In this document: positions 25,321-37,762 of the stretch, piece by piece
Layout: each line of letters begins with the position of its first letter
Position numbering within the stretch: position 1 is the stretch's first letter
Assembly (NCBI RefSeq): GCF_000143415.4
Contig: NW_003314449.1
Location: forward strand, 1-64,000
From: Selaginella moellendorffii
Taxonomy: Eukaryota > Plantae > Lycopodiophyta
Reading direction: 5' to 3'
Length of the DNA stretch: 64,000 nt
Position numbers and translations under genes: made by a program
The notes under the pieces: generated by a model
Told to the model about the DNA's origin: nothing
Seen by the model: the letters and a program-made list of their open reading frames with translations, nothing else
Databases searched by the model: none

Positions 25321-28300
25321 ATGGCGAAGAGGAACCGTGCTGATGACACTAAAACCTCTAGACGGGCGAATCGAGAGGAGGAAACTCCTGCTAGAGATGC
25401 TGCGGAAGGGGTTGAGGTTGAGTCGGAAGAGGATGAGCCAAATGCTGCAGCACTGCAGCGCACGGCTCATGAAGTCGAGATCGAGAATTAGCGAAAGGAA
25501 ATTCACAAATTGAAGAAGGAGAACAAGAAGAGGAAGAAAGAAGCTGAAGCAGCTAAACCAGCCAAGCCTAAGCAACCAGACTCCTCCTCTAGTTCTGAGG
25601 ACGATGAAGTTCTGCAGCCGCCCCCGGTTGCACGAGTTTCAAAGTTCAAGCCTCCAAAACCACCCAATTTCAGAGGCATGCGGGACTATCAAGTTTTGGA
25701 AAACTGGGTCTACGATATGGAAAACTATTTCATAACAGCAGACATAGATGATCGTACGAAAGTTGCGTGCGCACAATCCTTTCTCACCGATCATGCCAAA
25801 ACTTGGTGGCGCCAGGTGTGTGCTGAAAAAGGGCAGACTAGAAGTTTGACCAAGATGCGGTCTCGTATCCGTAAGGAATACTTGCCGGATGATCTTGGTC
25901 TGAGACTTTGCGCAGAGCTGCGGCGGTTAAAGCAGCGAGGGGACCTTATGCATTATGTTAATGCGTTTGCTCAGAAGAGCATTAGGATTGCAAATATGAG
26001 TGACGAAGATGCTCGGAGTTATTTCCTGGAGGGTTTAAGTTCACTTTCTAGAAATGAGATTTTGAAGTTTAAGCCGAAGACGTACCTGGAGTGTAAAGAG
26101 GCAGCGCAGCAAGTTGCCTTTAGTCACTCGCTCATAGAACAATATCAAAAATCGTATGCTGGTAACTCGGACAAGAATAAAAATTCTGGGAATAAACAAG
26201 GTGACCGGAAACAGAGAGTGGAAGGCAGGTTCCGCCCTGGAGGCTCACAAGCAACAGTTAACAAAGGTGGTGGTGGTTGGAGACCACCAGCAGCTTCTTC
26301 TGGTCCTAGGCCCTCTGTTCTTCCTCCTGGTGGGTACAAGCAGCAGCAACCTGCAAAACCTGCTCCTAGCGGAACGGGTAGTGTGGGTCATTGCTTCCAT
26401 TGTGGAGAGTCGGGACATAGGTCCTCGGAATGTCCCAACAAGCATAAGACAAGGTCTCGGGTTAATGTCATGAGGGAAGACGGTGGTGGTGAAGCTGAAG
26501 GGGTTGACGAGTTGGTCAATGTAGACTATGAGGAAGAAGAGGTGAGTAACTTTCGTTGCTTTCGTCAAGCTTTTCTTGCAGTCAATGCAAACACTGATCC
26601 GTTGATGTATCTGGTAGGCTTTGTCCGTGGACACCGAATCCGAGTGATTATTGACACGGGAGCTACGCACAGCGTGATATCCGAAGACTTAGTTAAGTTG
26701 TTAGGATTGAATGCTGAGCAAATGTCACCTATGCACTTCCGGTTTGCGGAAGGTGGGCAAGTAGCCAGAAAGTTTGTTAGTGATGTTCCAATAAAGATAT
26801 CCAAGTGGAAAGAAAGAGTGGACTTGGTAGTGTTGAAGATACCAGATTTTCAGATGGTGTTTGGTATGGATTTCTTCAACAAGTATATAAAAGGGATTTA
26901 TGGTGCTGGACAAAGTCATATCACGTTGAAGTCAGAAGGACATCCTGATGTATCCTTTCGGTTGCAAAAGCGTTCCTCAAAAGGTTGGGATGCAAAGTTC
27001 CTGACTGCGAGGGCCTCTCAAAAAGCAGCTAAGAGGGGATGTCAGACCTTTTGGGTTCAAGTGATGGAAGCTAAGGGTATTGGAGACTCAGTTCGAATCG
27101 GCGACGGGGTAGATCCTGTACCAAAGAAGATAGTGGAGTTGTTGGTGAGGAATCAGGATATCTTCCCGAAGGATTTGCCGCCAGGGCTACCACCTAGCCG
27201 TGAGGTTGATCATCGGATTGAGGTTATTCCGGGTTCTAAACCACCTACGAAAGCTCCATATCGGTTGAACATCAAGAAGATGGCTGAACTCAAGAAGCAA
27301 CTCACGGAGCTTCTTGAAAAAGGTCATATCCGACCAAGCAAGTCACCTTATGGAGCACGAATCCTTTTCGTTATGAAAAAAGATGGAACCATAAGGATGT
27401 GTATTGACTATCGGGCACTCAACAAGATCACAGTTAAAAACAGTTATCCTTTGCCTCGCATTGATGACTTGTTTGACCAACTCTTAAAGGCTAAGTATTT
27501 TACACAACTTGATTTGCGGTCCGGGTATCATCAGATACGGGTGGCAGATCAGGATGTGGAGAAGACAGCCTTTAAGACTCGGTACGGATCTTATGAGTTC
27601 CTTGTCATGCCATTCGGGTTATGCAATGCTCCGGCAACATTCAGCACTATGATGGATAGAATATTCGGAGATTACTTGGATGCATTTGTTGTCCTGTATA
27701 TCGACGATGTTCTAGTCTTTAGTGAAACGTTGGAGGATCATTTGAAACACTTAGAGCTGGTGTTTCAGAAGTTGCGCAAACACAAACTGTATGCTAAGGA
27801 AAGTAAATGCGCTTTTGGTCAATTGCGCGTAAACTTTCTCGGACATATAGTTGGTGGTGGCGTGATTGAGGTCGATCCAAAGAAGGTGGAAGCGGTGAAG
27901 TCCTGGGAAGTCCCGACCACTGTATCAGATGTTCGTTCCTTTCTCAGTTTGGCGGGATACTATCGCAAGTTTGTCCGCAATTTTTCAAGAATTGCTCTTC
28001 CGTTGACTGAGTTGATGAAGAGAAGTATTCCGTTTCATTGGACACCAGCTTGCCAGCGTGCTTTTGCACGGTTGAAGGAGATCTTGACTACGGTTCCTGT
28101 TCTCAGGATCCCAGATCTTGATAAACCCTTCGAAGTGCATTGTGATGCATCTGGCTATGCTATTGGTGCCATGTTGCAGCAAGATTGTGACAAAGCGGTT
28201 GGTGTTACGCTAAGGCGACATGGTTGTCCCATTGCGTTCTATTCCAAGAAATTGGATGAGACCCAACAAAGATGGCCAACGCATGAGAAAGAGATGTTTG

Positions 28301-30036
28301 CTATAGTGTTGGCCCTGGAACACTGGAGACACTACTTGGGTGGACATACCAAGGTTTATACAGATAGTAACACACTAAGCTACTTTGCTATGCAACCTAA
28401 GCTTACGCCGAAGCAGGCTCATTGGCAAGAGAAGCTTGCTAGATATGATATTGAAATCATATATAAACCTGGTAAAGACAATATTGTTCCGGATGCGTTG
28501 AGTCGTCAAGCTCAATTCCGGGCAATATCGGCAATCAGTTCGGACTGGTTGGAGGACGTTCGGGCTTCGTATGGAAGAGATCCATTGGCAAAGACAATCT
28601 TACGCCGTGCGGAGTTGTCGAAGCAGAGCCCTGGTAGCGAAGCAGCGAAAGTTGCTAGTCGCACTAATGTAAAGTTTCACTTTTCAGTTCGGGATAGGCT
28701 TATATTCTATAAGCAAGAAAGATTGTATCTTCCCTCTAAGGATCTGCAGCAATTATTTTTGCGGGAACATCATGATGTTCCAGCAGCGGGACATGGTGGA
28801 CAACGAAAGACTCTGGCTTCATTGAAAAAGGGATTTTTCTGGTCTAGTATGGAAGATGATGTAGCGGACTATGTCCGTTCCTGTCCTGTATGCCAGCAAT
28901 GTAAGCGCAGAACTAAGAAGCAGGCTGGAAATTTGCAGTGCATTCCAGCACCGGCATGGCCATTTCAGAGTGTGACACTTGATTTCGTCACTTGCTTGCC
29001 GAAATCTAAGTGTTATGATACTTTGATGGTGGTTGTGGATCGGTTGTCGAAGATTGCACACTTCATTCCAACTGTGGGAACAGTGAATGCGAAACAAGGA
29101 GCAAAGCTCTTTTTCCATGAAGTAGTGCGGGTTCGTGGTCTTCCTGAAGAGATGATCTCGGATAGGGATTCGAGGTTTACGGGGAAGTTTTGAGGCACAC
29201 TATTCCAGTTGTTCGGTACCAAGTTAAAGTTTAGTACGGCTTATCATCCTCAGACTGATGGGCAGACCGAACGCGTGAATGCTCAAGTTGAGGATTATCT
29301 GTGGTACTATGTCGCAGCGGACCAACGCGACTGGGTTGAGCATTTGGATACAGCAGAAATATGTTATAACAACACATTTCACAGCGCTATCGGCTGTTCT
29401 CCATGGGAGATCCTGCAAGGAAATGCTCGTGGGGTTCCTCAACAGATCGTTGTACCAAAACCAATGACTGAAGTGTTGGTCCCAGCCGTTGAAACTTACG
29501 CGGAGCAGCTACGCCAAGGTTGGTCTAGAGCTACTGAGGCGATGGGCAAAGCTCAGGATAGGTATCGATGTGATAAGGATCAGCATCGTTGGGATGTATC
29601 CTATCAAGTGGGAGATCAGGTGTGGCTATCTTCCCGAAACTTGAACATTAAGGGTTCTCTGTCTCGGAAGCTCTTGCCGAGATATATTGGAACTTATCGG
29701 GTGTTAAAATGCGTTGGTGATGTATCCTATAAGTTGGATCTTCCAGATGAGTTATCTCAGTTACATGATGTGTTTCATGTCAGTTTACTGGCACCATATC
29801 ATGCTGCTTTGGAACGCTCTACGGATATGCGTCCTCCGCCAGTAATCGTGGATGGTGAACCTGAGTATGAAGCTAAATCTATCTTGGATTCTCGGTTTCG
29901 GAGACGGGCTCATGCGAAGGAATACCTAGTTAAGTGGAAAGGTTACCCGACTTGTGAATTAACTTGGGAACCTCTTAGTAATCTTACCCATGCTCGTGAG
30001 CTTGTCACGGAGTATGAGAATAGTAATAAAGCCTAG
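25321..30036 (+). pseudogene. gag-pol: Single-frame gag-pol polyprotein with in-frame stops at 25489 and 29191
   Basis: ORFs 25273, 25510 and 29209 share one frame. CCHC knuckle [14 protein letters not shown], protease IIDTGA, RT YIDD, RNase H CDASG, integrase HHCC and DDE, chromodomain EYEAKSILDSR..YLVKWKGYPTCELTWEP. Confidence 0.95.
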
Positions 30037-30632
30037 CTTTTGTAAATCTTGTAATAAATCTTGCAAATTAATAAAGTAAAATATTTCTATCACTCAAAGT
30101 GTCGTTTCTCTCGATCATTTGTACTTGGGTCAGTTTTGGCAAGCTGACTTCGGCACTTCGGTGCATGGGTCCAATCCATAACCATGGGGATACCTATTAT
30201 AGACTGATCACAAGTCCCCGCCTCTCTCTTGATGACTCCTTTTCAAAAAAGGGGCGTGGTCGTGTAAACAACTTAATCTGCCAGTTTATAATAGTTGTCT
30301 AAATCTTCCCGACGGGGTTGATTTCTTGCTCAGGGGCAGTTGGGCCTCTGGCCTTCTCCCTATATCCTTGCGGGCAGGGATGTATCATTCCTTTGTAAGC
30401 TGAGTGGTACTCGGAGCAGCAAGGGTGGCTAACTCCATTGGTCATTTCCTTGTCGGCGACGGCCGGAGGGTGTCTGGGTCTTAACGTCTTTGGACGTAGA
30501 GGAGAGGTCGTTCCATAACTCATTTAAGTCGGTGTATTTCCCACATAGTGTGCTTTCCGTTAACTTTCGAAGTTGTTTCCTTGACGGTTTGCTAGACTCG
30601 GGTATGCATCGACGAGGACGTCGATCTTCCCC

Positions 30633-30645
30633 AAGGGGGGGAGAG
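30633..30645 (+). promoter_or_regulatory. Polypurine tract
   Basis: aaggggggga gag directly before the 3' LTR. Confidence 0.9.
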
Positions 30646-31569
30646 TGTCGCGAATGTGACTTCGGGTATCGAAAGATACTTGTCGGCTAGTCCTTACGGG
30701 CACTCTTTCCTTACTGCCACGACAGCAGGAGGTCGGTACTACTGGTTCCCTTCAATAGCCCCTCTTGTCCAAGTGTTAGCTTACTGGGCTTAGCATCTGT
30801 ACTTAGCCAGATGAACATAAGGTAGGAACTCCTATGTGTTTCTAGCTGAGCATTCTCGGCCTGGCTCTTAGTTCTCTTTTGCTCTGTCTTGCACTGGCTT
30901 GGCAAGAACCCTCGCGTATTGAGCTAGTCCCTCAATATCGCTGGATGATAGCTTATCGTGTCTGCCAAACACCCTTGCTATCATGCCCTTAGTGTTGGTC
31001 TCATTTCGGTCCCATATGCTAATTATGGAAAGTGTCTAGATTCGCTCATTTGGCATATCTACAGAATGTAGAGATTGGCCTGAACACAATGGTTTTCGTC
31101 CCGTGTCCAAATTCACAATCTAAGGCCATTCCATTTTTAGTAAGTTTCGGACTTTTCCCAGAGACTAACTCCTGGTATTAAGGGAGGCTTGGGGTGAAAG
31201 CCCAAAGCGTGTGTCCCTCAAGGGGGGGGGGGGGGGGGGGCTGTGGGGGGTTCCAAATGTATAGTAGGGATAGTGGTTGGAATGCATATCCGACCACCTG
31301 AGACATTAGTTTGGCTCCTGCTAGGCTGTGTCGCTCCTTGTTCTGCGTCCGGCTTGGGTCTAAGCCCAAGCTCCACGCTGCTTTAGTCGGTGGAGTACCC
31401 TCCTCCTCGCGTTAGGCCACCGGTATGCCAAAATTGTGCCAGACTCCGTTTGACACCATTTTGCATGCAGGTGCTGGATACAGGGAGCTGGTGCTCGTGG
31501 GATTGTACCGGACCCTCATTTTGTAGCGCAACGGGCTTGGAGTTCGGCTCCAAACTCAGGTGCGCTACA
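30646..31569 (+). repeat. 3' LTR (924 bp)
   Basis: tgtcgcgaatg...tgcgctaca followed by TSD ccaac. Confidence 0.97.
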
Positions 31570-32100
31570 CCAACACCCAAAGGTAGCACTAACATATTAG
31601 TCTATTACACTAAGGCTATGCTTATGCATATTTGTCACACCGGTGATCTAACACCACCTATATCACAGTCCCATCTCTCAAAGACTGGGCCATCTATCCA
31701 TAAATGGTCATCCCAGATTCACTCCTTAGCATCCTTAAGATGCCTGTAGACATAGGGAATAACCTTCCCTAATATCCCTCTTTCAATCCCTACCAAGTTC
31801 CTTTCTATCCATGGCTATGTTCACTAACACTACCACTAGATCAAGGCTCATAGGCCCGACCATTAAGTCCCCTTGTTCTCTAAGACTTCCTCACCATATG
31901 ACTGCATCCTTGGTCACTACACCAGAGGACTACTCCTCTTTCTTTCCACTATCCAAGACTTTGGGACAACATTTTGGAACACTATGGCCCTACGCGGGCC
32001 TCATGGGTACTATCCCCACCTTCTGCCTTTAGGTGCTTTATCCAAGGGGCTAGAGCGAAGTTCTGCTAAGCCATGCTAGGTATCCAAGTAGGTAGTTACC
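31570..32100 (-). mobile_element. Fragment of the 56007-type LTR, interrupted by the chromovirus (other part 24050-24203)
   Basis: Reverse-complement similarity to about 57120-57650; the 24050-24203 part matches about 57650-57800. Confidence 0.8.
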
Positions 32101-32677
32101 ACTCGGCAGTATAAATAGGATAGACGAACAGGAAAACGGATCCCCATCCCACTCACTTGTACTCGCGCTGTACTGTGTTTTTCTGATATTCAATTGAGCT
32201 GTGAGATTGCTTCCTACACTGTGTCTGGGGATCAACATTGTGTCATGCATTCTTCTTTCTCTCTTCTTTATTCTACTTCTTTACTTCTCAAGCTGACCCT
32301 CTGTTTGTCATGTTTGTAGATTCTGTGGCCTGTGCCATCCTTACCCACCTTCGACTTGTTAGCGGCCTGTCCTTCATCTTTCAGGATAGTTGGTGTTTTC
32401 AACCAGCCAATTGGTCTCCCCTACATCCTATCATTGCTAGGGTTTCATCTCTAGCTGGCGACCAAGGCATTTCTGTTCATCTCACTATTCTCGTACCCCA
32501 TCTCATCTGTTTTCCCCTACCCACTATTCATCCATCCCTTTCTTACCATCCTATATTTTCTTAATCTTCCTGTCAGTGACATCACTCCTTTCCATGCCTT
32601 TGGTGAATAGGAATTTATTTCAATCATCACATGGTGACCACACTGGGATGGTTGTCATAGAATCTACGATTGCTTGA

Positions 32678-32701
32678 AAGCTCTATTTCGTTAAAGTGGG
32701 A
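32678..32701 (+). repeat. Left TIR (24 bp)
   Basis: aagctctatttcgttaaagtggga. Confidence 0.93.
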
Positions 32702-33293
32702 TTTATTCAGTAAAATGGGACTAGGTACAAATTTTCAAGTATTTGAAAATGACGTGAAATTATATGTTTTTTGTCCAGGGGCTAGACATATCTGGGGCAT
32801 GGTGACTAGTGCGGTGACTTTGTGTCCAGACTGAGTCCATCTGGTTGTATAATAAATCTCATTGTCAAGGTGAACAAGCCGAATCTGAAGCTAAAGAAGA
32901 GCGATGGCATGCGCGCACACACTATTTGTTTGTTCATTGAGCGTGTGGTGAGCTTTCCAAGATGAACGTCATTCCTATTATCCAGACATATAACTTAATG
33001 GTGAGAACATTTAGATATTATTCAATGTTATCTTTTTCTAACGAATCTAATTGTGAAGGTGTAGCAAGAGGCATTGCTAGTCTGGAGAAGTCATTTAACT
33101 CATTTGACCCTTAGTGTATTTTCATGAAACTAAATAACATTCATATTATTAAGGAATTTCTCTAGTACCTTTTTTTTACGACATAGAGGCTTGCATTTCT
33201 TTCAAAGGTGATTTAGTAAAAGGCCTTAGGGCACATGCCATTCTATTTCTCAGACCGGTATTAAGATATACTAGTGCAAAGGGCCACATGCCA

Positions 33294-36200
33294 TCACGCC
33301 TCCTCTGATTCAGATTCGGATTGTTCACCTTGAAATAAAATACATTAGAAACTTAGTAAAGGAATATCAATGAATCTCACCTTGAACCCGGGTTATGAAT
33401 GCTCTTGCTGCATCTCTTGCATGGTCTGGAAAGGTGATGGTGGCACTCTGCTTCCGCATCCAACCATGCACAACATTATCCACTGATATGCTCATGCTGG
33501 GATCCCTTGGATTCAGCACCCATCTCTTTTCTAGGCAATCCTTCGTATATCCAGAACTTGGCTTGAACCACTCCACAGTTACATTGAAGGAGTTAGTTTC
33601 CGCGTCCTCCTCTGCATCAGTGATGCAGCGCCCCACCCATATCATTTGTTTTTTATTACTGGGTCTGACAAGCACGACCATTCCTTTGCAGACCTGTACT
33701 GGATTGAATGCTGAATCCGGCTTCTTGTTCCTCGGCCCACAATAGTGATCCTCAACATCGTTATCTGTCACTGCATTTCCAGAGGACATTGTTCCGCTAC
33801 TATCTGGTGCTCTGGGTTCTAGCCAAAAGGACTCTTCCAATTCTTCATATACAACCGGCCCATTTTGGATAGCAGATATAATCTTCTCCCAGTATTCGAG
33901 CAAAGGCTTGCACCTCTTAAAATAGGATTCTCCACCAAACACCAACCCCCTCTTCCAGAAGGCAATATGCTGTCTAATCCCGGCCACTATACTTTCCTGG
34001 TCTTTGAGTCCATCCGGGTGCATCGGCCGTGGGGAACCCTGAGGAATCATAGGTTCCCCAGTTATGGGATCTCTCTTGAAGAGTTCAATGCCGTCCACTG
34101 GCAGCCACACTGTATCCCATTCTCTCATCTTGTACCTCATCACTGGAGCACCGTCACGCATGCTGAAATGAAACTGAAGAGGCTTGGAGTGGCCAATCAG
34201 CATTTTGGATCCGTCCCTGATGTAGCCTCTTACAAACCCCTTAAAGTCTGGAACCTCTGTCACAAGTGCAGCTTCAACAGTGCCTTTGATGCAATTTTGG
34301 AATTCATCGTAGAGTTGTGGGAGGGTGAGGACATTGGATCGCCGGAGGGACTCTGCCAGGTGACTGAACATGGCATCGACGTCTTCATGAGTGTGCCCAA
34401 CCATGAGAAAGCCAAGTGTAACCGTTTCAAATATGCCTTTGGCAACAAGCATCACCAAGTACGCGAAGACGTACATGTTTTTGTTCTCACTGCCAGCATT
34501 GTCTGTTTGGAGCAGAAGATGGGGTGGAAGGCCACATCGGCCGCAAGAACTTCCTTGAGATTCTGCTTCGTTTGGATGAGGCTGTGCATTCACCGGGCGA
34601 CCAGCCTCGTCGGAATGGCATGAGGCCTCACGTGATAACCCTACAATCTGACGGCCAAAATATTCACTGGGATGGCATGGGGCCCCACGCGATACTGCAA
34701 GCCTTTGCTCCTCCTCCAGCTGAACCCTGTATGGGGTTCGATCGACAAGGGCCTTATGCAAGGGTTGGCCGTTCAGCTCAGTCTGCGCACTTTGCAGTGA
34801 CCTTAAGTGTTTTGCTAGGGACGCAATCATCATGTTTGCACCCCCGCCACCCCATAGAGGTACAAAGAAGTTCCCATAGTTCTGGGCACCATGCCCATGA
34901 GCGATTATGCCAAACAGAGACACAGGCAGTTGCATGGATGAAGAGATTGCCTTGGGGGCAGGATTGAGTCGAGGTAAGCACGTCTTTTTCTGATCCATTT
35001 TGTCGTGGATGATGCAGAGGTAAGAGTCAGGTCTCTCCATGGAGAGAATCCTGTTATGATAATATGCAGTCCTGCAGCTTCTCTGCTTGATGTTGTGGTC
35101 GAGCCGCCTTCTAACCAACGTCTCTCGCTCTTGAGCGCTGCAAGAATTCTTCGACAAAGCCATTTTGATAGCAGTGCACTCGTCACACTTTGAAAAGCTG
35201 GAGTACTTTCCTATACTCACATCCCTGAACCTGTTGCTCCACAATCTACTAAATCTAGATTGGCTCAGCTTCCTGTAGCCATTACTCTGGAGTTCCCGAT
35301 TCACATCTTCCAATATGGCCCCCTTGGTATACATGGAAGGGAGAACTCGTTGGGTGTCTCGTGTTCCATCTTCCAAGAGGCGGGTTTTATGTGGTTGCTG
35401 CTCGCTACATGTCTCGACAAACCTCTTGAAGATTGCCTCTCCATATACAACATGACCCCTGGTTTTGTGCGTACCGTCGTTCCCATGGACTGCCTGTTGA
35501 ACCCTTTGTTCCTCGAACTCAGTTTTGATTCTGTAGAATGTGGTTCGAGGGACTCCATAAATGATTCTCCATGCCTTCATGCAGACCAAACCCCTCTGGA
35601 AGACCATGCCCCCCACCTGATGTTCTGAAGCATCAACAGATGACCGTAATGCCTCATACACAAAATTGCGAGCTGCCTTCCAGAACAATGTCTTGTATCT
35701 TGCTCTCTCCTCTTCAATAGCATCCCAATCAGCATGTTGACAGCACCTCCTCTTGCAACAAGCAACTGTCGAAACCATTCGAACCTCCATCGCCATTTTC
35801 TGCCTTTTCGGTTCGTTGCTCAGATCCCTTTGGCTGCGCTGTAGGAAGGTGTACTTTCTTTTCCCATGAAGAGATGTTCTGTCATCAGTTGTAGTGGTGT
35901 TTGATTGTGAATCCTTCACATTCTCAAACACTAAATGCCTCAATTTCCACCGCACAATGCTTCCAATAGTCAGACTGTTTTCTTCTGTGTCAACAACCTC
36001 TAAAATCGCAACTCCAATATCATCCCAGCCCAATTCTTGATTAGCAACTGCATCTCTTGGATCGACAACTGTGGCTAAGCCCTCAGCTACCACCTCCCCC
36101 TCGGGGTTGTTTAGAAACACCTTTGCCTGAATCCATGTAGCACGGTTCTTAAGATCCACGGAGGGAACATGCGTCGCACTTGCGCTGTCCCCAACATCTG

Positions 36201-36435
36201 CTTTCTTCTGCACATTTTTCAAGGCAACAACAACATTTACCCCGACGACCATCTCTCCTCGTTCAATAGCGACCACATTCCCATCGAAGACAGTCTCTAC
36301 TGATACAGCAGCATTGCCTTCCCCAAGCCTTTGACAGTGTATAACAAAGTTCCGATCCATAGACACAAGGGTCCCTTTTGCAACTCTCTTCCCACCATTC
36401 AAAATGTAAACCTTTTCCCCAACCCTGAAGGCCAT
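33294..36435 (-). CDS. Intact transposase of about 1030 aa (Sola-related / DUF7869-type DDD core), with two N-terminal Tnp1/En-Spm-like modules and a C-terminal SH3/BAH-like beta domain
   Basis: 1022-aa open ORF 33367-36435. Motifs CCKRRC, VCMKAWRIIYGV..HGN, FSKCDEC, IIHDKMDQ, LQTDNAGSENKN and FLMVGHTHEDVDAMFS. A probable terminal 52-nt intron (33380-33329) adds GEQSESESEEA*. Confidence 0.9.
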
Positions 36436-37730
36436 TCTGAAAGTGCAGAAAAGAAGTTAAGACCATACAAAAAATGATTGGAGAATGGCCTAAATCATAA
36501 CATACCAAACAACCTCAATAGCATGAGGCCACATGCCATTATTCAAACATGCTATTGACACCCACATGAAATTTCGCATTCACAAAATTGGCATGAGGCC
36601 TCATGCCATCTTGATATACACACAGCTGCAGGCAAGTAAAAACATACATGACAATACGCTAGCCATGAAATTGCAAGGGCCCAAGATGGCATGTGGCCTC
36701 ATGCCATTTCTAAATGTGGTCCTAAACCATTCCATGGTGAACATACCAGGAAGCACAAGTGCCGAATATCAAGAGGAAGCGGTAGCCACACCAAAGACAG
36801 TGCCGCTCGCAACACCGCAACTACTCGTAGCGCCGCTCACAACACCGCAACTGCTCGTAGCGCCGCTCGCACAAACTGCCACTCGCATAAACTGCCGCTC
36901 GCAATGGCGCTCGCAATGCCGCAACCGCTTGTAGACGCATAAACCACAGCTCACAACGCCGCTTACACAAGCAGCGCTCACTGCGCTCAGCGGAACCAAG
37001 AACACGGCACACAAAAATGATAGACCTAGGAATGAGTTCGAGAATTCAAAAATAACACACGCTTGAATGTCACATCAAATCCTCTGACAAACCAAATCTT
37101 ATGATTCCTCTGACAAATTTCAAACTGAGTAGCTTCTAGACTTTGCTGTCGGAGGTTGAACTTTGTCACATCATGTCCTTGCCTCGATCCAGCTGTGCCA
37201 TGTCAGTGATTCGAACTTTGCCATGCCATGTCAGCGATCCGCGCCAAGATTATTCGCTGTGTAAAGGAATAATTATGCTGTGTGTGTACGTCCATTTATG
37301 GCAATATAAGGCCACACGCCATTCAAAGAATAATGCTAGTCGAGCATTTTTTGGTGCATTTTTGGGTTCAAAATTGCATGAGCCCACACGCTATAAAGTT
37401 TACCTGTACCAAAAATAGAAACAGCTTTATTTACTTGGGAATTTAAGTGGTTGAGGCATTTTTAAACTTACAAACACATGCCCTACTTACATTCCTTTGG
37501 TTGCTTAAAATTCAAAAATATTATAAACCTTTTTTTTTGCATTTTCAATGTTTTCAATTATGGTTTTTGATTTTCGCAGGACCAGCCTAGTAATCTATTT
37601 GCATCCCGTCATGTTTATAGCTAGCTTTCGTTTGTCCCCTTCGCTGGCCTGAGATACATCTGCTCGGAATCTGCCTCTTACAGCATTTGCCCAGAAAGGG
37701 CATCTTTCTTCACGCAGCATTTGCCACATG

Positions 37731-37762
37731 TTTAGGGTTAGGGTTTAGGGTTTAGGGTTTAG
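37731..37762 (+). promoter_or_regulatory. Interstitial telomeric / telobox tract (TTTAGGG)~4 between the divergent genes; copy at 53838-53863
   Basis: tttagggttagggtttagggtttagggtttag. Confidence 0.85.

Larger units (their letters stand above)
24204..31569 (+). mobile_element. Full-length Ty3/gypsy chromovirus LTR retrotransposon, TSD CCAAC
   Basis: TG..CA LTRs at both ends, 5-bp TSD ccaac at 24199-24203 and 31570-31574, PBS, PPT, and gag-PR-RT-RH-IN-chromodomain order. Inserted into a minus-strand fragment of the 56007-type LTR (24050-24203 and 31570-32100). Confidence 0.98.

Noticed and set aside
37731-37762. True telomere or chromosome-fusion scar
   Set aside because: Only about 4 units, present at the same place in both transposon copies, so it is part of the element.
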